Part shown: piece by piece, positions 54,271 through 64,000 of the stretch
Layout: each line of letters opens with the position of its first letter
How positions within the stretch are numbered: the stretch's first letter is position 1
NCBI RefSeq assembly: GCF_009914755.1
Contig: NC_060928.1
Direction: 5' to 3' (one strand)
Length of the DNA: 64,000 nt
From: the human T2T-CHM13v2.0 reference genome, Homo sapiens
Program-made: the position numbers and the translations under genes
Notes under the pieces: generated by a model
What the model was told of the DNA's origin: nothing
Database searches by the model: none
What the model saw: the letters and a program-made list of their open reading frames with translations, nothing else

Positions 54271-54688
54271 CTTTTGAATATGGCATTTTTAGTTTTTAAT
54301 AACAGGGGCAGAACAAAGGAAGCAGAAAGAGCAAAAAGGACCTCCCAAAAGGTGCAGCTATTAGCTGCAGCCTTAAGCTCACCTCCCACGTGGGATTGCC
54401 CTCCTGGTTCTTAGCCTGAACAAGGGAAGCGAAAAGGTGGAAAACATAAAACTGGGCATCCACGTCACGATGGCTTTGGCATAAATCAGTGTGTGCATTG
54501 TAAAAAAAAACTGGACATTGGAAGAGGAAATGCCCAGTACTCGAAAGGGAGCCATTGGCACCTGAATCAATGGTGGCTGAAATAGCCAAGCAAGCCCAAG
54601 AGGCATTCTGCCACATCTCCTATTGGACAATGGAATATATCTCCAGAAGAGCCACAGGTAACCCTTGAAGTGGCAGGTAAGAATATTA

Positions 54689-55082
<394 letters not shown>

Positions 55083-55202
55083 TCACCCCAAAACTGTATG
55101 GTCACAGGGATAGATGAACAAGCCCATACATGCCATTTTACCTATCCTTTAAGCTGCTCTTCAGAGACTTTAGTTTCCTCACATGCCTTTCTTTTCATGC
55201 CT

Positions 55203-55266
55203 GAATGCTCCTTGTTGGAAATGCCCCTTGTTGGGAATGCCCCTTGTTGGGAATGCCCCTTGTTGG
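55203..55266 (+). repeat. 16-bp minisatellite x4 (GAATGCCCCTTGTTGG) in the ERV protease
   Basis: Units start at 55203, 55219, 55235 and 55251; the last two are identical. Confidence 0.9.
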
Positions 55267-57577
55267 GAAGGGATTTGATGGCTCAGCTGCAAACAGTGGT
55301 ATCTCTTGGAAATCACAAGGCAGATGAGGGTTTGTTCCTTCTGCTTTCCTGTGATAAGGGAGGAAAGACAATGGGAGACATCTACTTCCCAAGTAAATCC
55401 TATAGTATGGGACACTGAGGTTTCAGGCAAAGTGTTAAATGTTCTCCTGATTTGTATCCAACTTAAACCTGATGTCCTGTAGCCCTGGAAGAGACAATAC
55501 CCCTTAAAGCTAGAGGCACAAAGAGGGATCCAACCATTAATAGCTAAGTTTTTGCAATTCGGGTTGTTAAACCTCTGTGAGTCTCGTTGTAATACACCAA
55601 TCGTACCAGTTAAAAAACCAAATGGACACCATAGATTTGGTCAAGAACTTCAAGCTTTCAATGAGGCTGTCATTCCCATACATCCTATAGTGCCCAATCC
55701 CTACGTGCTGTTAGCCTGGGTCCCATCCCTGGGGATGCCAATTTGTTTACAGAGTTAGATCTTAAAGATGTCTTTTTGTTTTTTTTTTTTTTTGTTTTTT
55801 GTTTTTTTTGGCATTGCAGTACTCCCTGATTCACAATTCATCTTGGCTTTTGAATGGATTGATCCTGACAGTCATTTGGTTTATCAATGAACTTGGACAG
55901 TTCTTCCCCAGGTATTTAGGGGCAGCCCTTATCTGTTTGGAAATGCATTGGCTAGAGAATTAAGGATGTTACACTTAAATAGGGGCATTATTATCCAATA
56001 TGTGGATGATGTGTTGGTTGCTAGCCCAACCAAAAGAAACTTGGACGAAAATACCTTTAAGTTGCTAAATTTTCTGGGAGCTAATGTGTATAGGGTCTCA
56101 CAGCAGAGGGCCCAGATTTCAACTCAAGAGGCTAAATACTTAGGATATGTCCTAACCCCTGGCACCCAGGCAATAGTACCAGAACAAAAGGAAGCTATCT
56201 TGGGCATTCCAAAACCCCAAACTAGAAAGCAGCTGCGAGCTTTTCTAGCAGTGTCAGGATTGGGGCATATGGTCAAGCCTTTATATGATGCCCTGAAAGG
56301 AGCGAATGTAGATTCTTTAGAATGGAATAGCAATTGTAAACAAGCTTTTAATGCTTTCAAGGAAAAATTGGGATCAGCTCCAGTCCTACGGATCCCTAAT
56401 TTTGATAAGCCATTTTTCTCTTATGTGGCTAAGAAACAAGGAACCACGCTGGGTGTCCTTATCCAGAAACTAGGAGATATCCCCGAACCAGTGATATATT
56501 TTTTTTAAACAATTAGACCATGTCACTTCAGGATGACCTGAATGCCTCAGGGCAGTTGCAGCAACTGCTCTTTTAGGAGATGAAGTCAATAAAATGGCTT
56601 TAGGACAACATCTGGAAGTTTTAACCCCACATCAAGTACAAGGAGTCCTAGAAGCTAAAGGACACCAGTAGATGACAGGAGGTACTTATTGAAATATCAG
56701 GCTTTGTTGCTAAACATTCCTCATGCAACCCTTAAGATACGCCAGACTTTAAATCCAGCTACCTATCTGCCTGAACCCACTGGCACCCTGTATCATTCTC
56801 GTATACAAGTAATGCACCAAGTTTATTCCAGCTGGCTGGATTTAAATGATGAGCCTCTAGATAATCCTGAAGTAGAATGTTTTATAGATAGAAGTAGCTT
56901 TGTGCGCCAGGGACACAGAAAAGCTGGGTATGCTGTTGTCAGTCAACACAAGGTAATTAAGTCTCAGGCCTCACCAACTTCTACCTCAGCTCAAAAGGCA
57001 GAATGAATAGCTCTTGCTAATAGCCCTGCAATTATTAATAGCTCATATTAATAGCCCTGCAATTGGGAAATGACTTAGTAATTAACATTTGTACTGATTC
57101 TATGTATGCCATTCTGGTGCTTCATGCTCATGGAAGGAATGGGGAGAATGAGGACTCCTAATTGCTGAGGGTTCCCCTGTGAAACATCACTTAAACATTT
57201 TAAATCTATTAGATGCTGTTTTGCTGACCAAGGAAGTAGCTATAATCCATTGCAGAGGGCATCCAAAAGGAGACTCTAGTGTGGCTAAGGGAAACTCCTT
57301 TGCAGATGCAGGAGCTAAGGCAGCTGCATTAAAGCAGCCAGTTGGACTTGTAGGCATGTTAGTGCCCTCTGCCCTGGTAATGACAGAACCAAGATATACT
57401 AAAGAGGAATAAGAATGGGCTAAAGGTCAGGGTTTAATTCAAGATCCTTCTGGCTGACTTATCAATGACAACAAATTATTGATACCAGGTGCTAATCAGT
57501 GGAAAATAGTTAAGCATTTGCATGACTCTACTCATTTGGGAAGAGATTCCTTCTTTCAATTAATGTCTCTCTCTCTC

Positions 57578-57874
57578 TTTTTTTTTATTTTTGAGACAGA
57601 GTTTCACTCTTGTTGCCCAGGCTGTAGTGCAATGGCACAATCTCAGCTCACCACAACCTCCACCTCCTGTGTTCAAGTGATTCTCCTGCCTCAGCCTCCT
57701 GAGTAGCTGGGATTACAGGCATGCGCCACCACGTCTGGCTAATTTTGTATTTTTAGTAGAGACAGGGTTTCTCTGTGTTGGTCAGGCTGGTCTCAAACTC
57801 CTCACCTCAGGTGATCCATGCGCCTCAGCCTCCCAAAGTGCTAGGATTACAGGCATGAACCACCGCTCCCAGCC
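57578..57874 (-). mobile_element. AluS inserted in ERV integrase
   Basis: Full dimer; TSD AATGTCTC at 57562-57569 and 57875-57882. Confidence 0.92.
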
Positions 57875-59873
57875 AATGTCTCGTCTTTTTATAGGAAAAG
57901 GCTTACTTACTTAGAACAGTAAAGCAGGTAACTCAGTCCTGTGAACTCTGTGCCCAGAATAACCCAAATAACCAACCTTTTCCTTCTCCTTTAGTAAGGC
58001 CTGTTCAGCATAGTGGAATGTATGCCAGTGAAGATTGACTAGTAGATTATGCTCAGATGTCCCCATGTAAAGGATTTAAATATTTATTAGTATTCATCAA
58101 TCCTTTACTGGTTGGACTGAGGCTTTTCCTACCTGGTCTGAAAAGACAAGGTTTCTAACCTCCTATGAAAGGCAATAATTCCTAGATTTAGGCTGTCTAA
58201 TAGCTTGCAAAACAATAATGGCCCATCTTTCACAGTGACAATTAGCCAAAACATAACTTCGGCCCTAGGAATTAAGTACCTCCTTCATTTAGTATGGATG
58301 CCACCATCTTCAGAAAAAGTGGAAAGAGCTAATCAAACTAAAAAGTACTATGCCAGGAAACACCAGAAACCGGACTATCTATATTGCCTGTAGCCTTGTT
58401 ATGGGTTTAAGCTGTTCCCAAGAGAAATCTATAGTGCAACACTTTAGAAATGATGTATGGAAGGCCTTTCTTAACTACAGACTTCCTGATTGACATAGAT
58501 ACTTTCAAGTACAAAATTATGTAATCAACTTAGGACAAATGCAAAAGGTGCTCCTTGAATATGGAAATCAAAGACTCCCTTCCCCTACTAAGGAAGAGAA
58601 TATTGTTACAACCCAGCCAGGAGACCGGGTCCTATTAAAAATTGGAAGGAAGGATCCCCAGCAGATCAACTTTCACCCAAAATGAAAGGGATCCTATCAA
58701 GTTCTCCTTAGTACCCCAACTGCAGTTAAATTTCTAGGAATAAACAGCTGGGTTCACTTATCTCGAATGAAACCTGTCTCTTATAAAGTCCCACAGGCCA
58801 ACAAAACACAAAAGACTGATCCCACTTATTCCTGTGGGCCAACCCATGACCTCCAGCTCCTGTTCAAAAGAAACAAAAGGAATGGGTAACATAAAGATAT
58901 GGATTGGCATTCTATTTTTGGGTATAAGCTGGAATCACACAAAGAGTAACTTATTTGCTAAGTGGGCAGACTGTAGCCTCTCTACATAATCCAACAGTTT
59001 GTTGGACTATGTAGAGAATTGCCATTTTCCTTCACTTCCAGGTTGCCCTGGCATATTCAACCAGCAAACCTAAGTTTATGGGGATTTTATTATGATTGGG
59101 AAACTGAGCATTATAAATATAGTCCCTCTTTTCTCATGTACCATAGCCACACAGGCCTTAGGCCCTTCCTCACTTATGGAGAGACAAGAAGGCACCTTTT
59201 TCATCTAATTAGGAAACAGCTAAATGGCACCTCGACTTTAGGTTACACTGTACACAATAGACTTGGGTGGATGACAGTTGTTCAAGCACAGGTATCAGGC
59301 AAAACACCTCTATGTTTTGAAAGATGCATTAATAGTCACCACCAGACTGAAACCCGCAATATGGGATGGTTGCCACCTCAACAATGTAATCAGACCCTTC
59401 TTTTAACAGACCAAATGTGGGTAGGATGGCAACACAATTTGCAAAAAATAGATGCCCACCCTTCCCCTTGGGGATGGTTATGGGCTTGTGGAACTCATGG
59501 CTGGTTGTATTTACTTTATAGTTGGACTTGAAAGTTGTCCTTATCTCCTGGGACTTACCCTCAACAAATTGGACTCTCTCCTGTCTAACTGGGATACTGT
59601 AAAGGCTCGCCATAGGGCAACAAAAACAGGCTTCTTGGTGGTTCTATCTGATGCTGTATTTTCCCCACAGGCAGCCATAATCAATATCAAGTTACAAGTT
59701 AAAGCCTTAGCCAAGCACATGGCTGCAGCTTTCAATAATACACGCCATGCCCTTACCCTCCTAACTGAGGAAACTTCTCAGATTAGGCAGGTGGCCTTAC
59801 AAAACCATGTGACTTTGAACATTTTAATAGCAGTCCAAGGGGGAACCTGTGCTTTGATCAAAACTGAATGTTG

Positions 59874-60180
59874 GGCTAGGCGCAGTGGCTCAGGCCTGTA
59901 ATCCCAGCACTTTGGGAGGCCATGGTAGGCGGATCACCTGAGGTTGGACTTTGAGGCCAGCCTGACCAACATAGAGAAACCCCATCTCTACTAAAAACAC
60001 AAAATTAGCCAGGCGTGATGGTGCATGCTTGTAATCCCAGCTACTCGGGAGGCTGAGGCAGGAGAATCGCTTGAACCCAGGAGGCGGAGTTTGTGGTGAG
60101 CCGAGATCACACCATTGCATTACAGCCTGGGCAATAAGAGTGAAACTCCGTCTCAAACAAACAAATGAACAAACAAAACA
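59874..60180 (+). mobile_element. AluS inserted in ERV env TM
   Basis: Full dimer with a (CAAA)n tail; splits GGTCALIKTEC|CVY. Confidence 0.92.
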
Positions 60181-60675
60181 CAAGTGTTGTGTGTATGCTC
60201 CAGACTATTCCCATAATATTACCCGGGCTATGAAAGCTCTAGATACTCATATCTTTGCCACTGATGCACTGCCAGTTGACCCTATATCAACTTGGTTCCA
60301 ACCACTACCCAGTTCTTGGAAAGCCTTCCTTTTTAGTTTACTTAGGATGATTTTACTTATTTTGCTTTGCTGTTGTGGAATATATACAATTGTACTCTTT
60401 ATGTGGGAACGCAAGACAAGCTTACTCAATACTTTCTTAAGTTGGATACATTAATTTTCCAGATTTCGCCTTTTGCTGGGACTAATTTATGAACAACCCT
60501 CACCATACCGAGGCTTTCTGACTGAGTTCCTCTCTACCTTGAATAAAAGAGACTCTAATAATTAGGCAGGAATATCATCGCCCCTGTTCAGCCTAAGGAA
60601 GTTACAAAAGACTGATCTTTGTCTATCTGCCACCCTTAGGATTAAGGGTCCTCTTATAAAGGAAGTGGGGAAATA

Positions 60676-61216
60676 TGTCAGAGGTATTCAAACTAGAGTA
60701 ACTCCACCTTAAGTGAAGGGTTAAGAAAACATAAGGCTGGGACTTGCTGGGCTGCATTCCCAGAAAGTTAGGTATTCCTAGCCTCTAGAAGTTTACAGTT
60801 AAGGGAACAGATTGATAACATGTACTAAACAGACCCAGACTTAGGAGTTTCCTGGTATCCCAATATCTAGAGAACAGAAGCATTCCTAATTTTGCTTTAA
60901 AGATACTAATATCAATTCTTGCAAAATATAGTAATTAAGAAAATTAAACCTTCCTCGCAAACTCTTGTAGCAGAGCGTATCTCCCCTTGATCTATTTTTG
61001 TCTTATACATAAACAAGCATTGTACCTAGGGTGAACACGTTCCTCCTCTTACTTTCAGGAACGTCCTACTCTGTCTATGGAGTAGCTGTTCTTTCACCAC
61101 TTTACTCTCTTAACAAACTTACTTTCGCTTTGCATTGTTGACCCACCCTGAATTCTTTCTGTTGAGATCCAAGAACCCTCATTTAGGGTCTAAATTGGGG
61201 CACCCTTCTGGTAACA
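60676..61216 (+). mobile_element. Second full LTR, MER41 family
   Basis: Preceded by PPT AAAGGAAGTGGGGAAATA; direct repeat of 50318-50840. Confidence 0.88.
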
Positions 61217-61924
61217 TTTTTCTGGTGACCATGAAGGGAAAATACTGAGGAGACCCCCAACCCAAAGGAAATAGACTGCAGTACCAACTAGCTGATTGGG
61301 TAAGTGGTTGGGTACCTGGGTAAAGGATGGGATTGGGTTAGAGGCCCAACTTAGGGGAGTTAGAGTCCCCCCAACAGAGAGAGTTAAAGACCCCTCTTGT
61401 AAAAGGCAAGGACACTTGACTGAACCTGGGTTCCAGGCCCAACTTTGGAAGGTTAGAGTCCTTCCTAAGATTTATGGGATTAGAGGACCCTTTCAGTAAA
61501 GTTCCTCTTGGCTAAGAATAGGTTTGGCACCAGGGGATGTTAACTGCTATGCTGTTTGCATTTATCTGCCTTGTCCTCTTTGCTGCATGCATCAATTTTT
61601 TGGTCGCTATCTCTGCTTCACTGTCATTTTCAGGAGATTTCATTTAATTGGTCTTAGAGATTTTAACTTTCTGTTCCCCTGTGTGTCTCCTGATTTACAT
61701 CCATTTGCTTGTGAAACATCGGGAAGAAAAACATTGAAGGTTCCATCTCTAAAATTGCTGATGGAGATTTAGCATTTAAGCAATAAGATTACGTGGATGT
61801 GACTATGTTTTGTTTCTTAATAAACTTGCTTTTGCTTTGCATTGTGGACGTGCTCTGAACTCTTTCTTGTGTGAGATCCGAAAACCCTCTCTTGGGTCTG
61901 GATCCAGACTTTTTTCCGGTAACA
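61217..61924 (+). mobile_element. Second PBS + leader copy joined to a third, partial LTR (R/U5)
   Basis: 61217-~61813 repeats 50841-~51363; 61813-61924 matches the LTR 3' end and finishes GGTAACA. Confidence 0.85.
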
Positions 61925-62234
61925 TTGGTCAGGAAACTGCAGTCACTGTGGTCATTGCTGTTTCCTGCTGATGGCCTCTCAAAACTGTGATGTATCATGT
62001 AGCATTCTTCCCCTACTTCCTTCACCCTGTGACCACCACCTCAAATAGGCTTGTGTCCCACTTCCTGCCATAACACGTTCTATAGGAGACTGCGTGGTAC
62101 TTGCAACTTCTTGGCAATTTGGTGTGAAAAGCACAATTTTCACATCTACTTGATCTAAGATGGAGACCCAGACAATGTCCATGGAGTTGGCCTGAGGACC
62201 AATGACAAGGACCATGTTTCCAAAGCCTCCATAA

Positions 62235-62405
62235 CATTTAATCCCTGCAACACTTCAGAAGGCTCCTTCTGTTATTATCTTCATCTATAGAAGGGGAAAT
62301 GAGGTTGAGTGAAGTAAAGAAACTTGCCCAAGATCACAGTGACAGAGCTGGAATTTACTCCAATGTCAGTGTGATCCTTTGAAACCTGTCTTTAACCACC
62401 ATGTG
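62235..62405. mobile_element. MIR fragment
   Basis: MIR core-like GAAATGAGG..GAAGTAAAGAAACTTGCCCAAGATCACAG. Confidence 0.7.
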
Positions 62406-62494
62406 AATAAAATCATCTCTTTTATTCTTTTTACATTCCCTGTTCCATATTAGCAAGAGTTAAGTAGCCAGTACAGCAAGCTCCAATGTTATAG

Positions 62495-62930
<436 letters not shown>

Positions 62931-63777
62931 TGCATTTATTTACTTATGTATAGTTTACAAATATTCTTCTTTCTCATCTCATTTATAATTAACTAATAAC
63001 CTTGGAATTATTAAGAGATTGTTGTTTTTAACCTATTTAGCTGTGAGAAAGGCTCACAGAGGTTGTTTCTTGCTACTTAAAGGTTGTTCCCTTATTTACC
63101 CAGCTACTTGGGACAATCCAGAACTTGATCTCAAGTACTGGGGCTGCCAGCCTCACCTTCTTGCCTGTGCTAGAGGCAGTTACCCAAGGTTCAGAATTCC
63201 TGAATGAGTCCTGAATCAGAGACAAGTAGATACCTCATGCATGCACCATTGTCCTTCCTTTTCAGGTTTGGAGTGTGGTTTCTTTTAGATTATTGAGGTC
63301 TTTCTTCCTTTGACATGACAATTGTGTTTCTGTCCTGAAAACCTGGTGTGCTGCTGTCATCCTGGGGCAGCACTGAATACAAAGTTCCCCAGAGGGCAAA
63401 CGCTATATGAGGTCCCATCAAAATTCCACTAGGAAGGATGCAAACTAATGCAGTCAAATCTTAGAAGCATTGTGTTTGGTATATTGCTATAAAGGATTGA
63501 AACAACATTAAACTTAGTGCTAGTTACTTATATTTGAAGGTTAGAACATTGGGTCCAAATTTCAATCAGAAGTTTCCACAAGTGAAGTATTCAGCCACTC
63601 ACTTTTTATGGTTCTGTTATGACACAAACTACTTGAGTTTTGAAAAACAAAATATTTTAGCCACCATTTTATTGACAGCTTCATTAAATTGTCAACAATT
63701 ATATGAAAAATTATTTAGCAAAAGCAAACAAATGCGATCCCTTGTTAAGATAACTACAAGAATTTAATTTTTTTTAA

Positions 63778-64000
63778 ATGAAAACAAGTTTATTAAGAAA
63801 GTAAAGCAATAAAGAGTGGCTATTCCATAGGCAAAGCAGCAGCCTGAGCTGCTGGTTGGCCATTTTTATGGTTATTTCTTGATTATATGCTAAACAAGGG
63901 GTGGACTATTCATGAGTTTTCTAGGAAAGGGGTGGGCAATTTCCTAGAACTGAGGGTTCCTCTCTTTTTTAGACCATACAGGGTAACTTCCTGATGTTGC
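63778..64000 (-). mobile_element. MER41-family LTR, partial (runs off the window)
   Basis: Matches the MER41 core (GCTAAACAAGGGGTGG..CATGAGTTTTC..GGGTAACTTCCTGA) and the 33860-34080 region. Confidence 0.8.

Noticed and set aside
55203-55266. Regular short repeats as a CRISPR-like array
   Set aside because: Head-to-tail units with no unique spacers, in a eukaryotic ERV.
55948-56508. 186-aa RT ORF with YVDD as a possible functional or novel reverse transcriptase
   Set aside because: Fragment of ERV pol; upstream RT motifs are broken by stops and a poly(T) expansion (~55773-55810), and it starts at TTG.
59019-60454. env ORFs as a possible domesticated envelope gene
   Set aside because: Split by frameshifts, stops and an Alu; furin site decayed.

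Overview
Human-like (primate) genomic DNA from the ELR+ CXC chemokine cluster; recognised from the CXCL3 protein, which maps to 4q13.3. The window holds one intact protein-coding gene, CXCL3 (minus strand, 4 exons, CDS 4868-6219, with CpG island, NF-kB/Sp1/CATAAA promoter and AU-rich 3'UTR). It also holds an unprocessed PPBP/CXCL7-like pseudogene (probably PPBPP2, ~21.1-22.55 kb, minus) and a CCDC90B processed pseudogene inserted antisense into the gag of a decayed MER41-LTR (PRIMA41-like) provirus (50.3-61.9 kb). The rest is mostly L1, Alu, MaLR, MER4/MER41/MER9 LTR elements and old non-coding duplications. I found no convincing new multi-gene system. The best leads are: (1) a substitute-ATG, splice-intact 86-aa ORF in the PPBP pseudogene that keeps ELR and exactly one disulfide pair; (2) an inverted pair of perfect TTCCTAGAA (STAT5/BCL6-type GAS) sites in a MER41 LTR at the right edge; (3) a tandem three-LTR provirus in which only the last LTR fragment keeps AATAAA; (4) an L1 3' transduction; (5) a ~4 kb ancient tandem duplication that can be dated from its insertions. 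Repeat subfamily names are recalled from consensus sequences and need RepeatMasker/Dfam confirmation. Identities are by-eye estimates.
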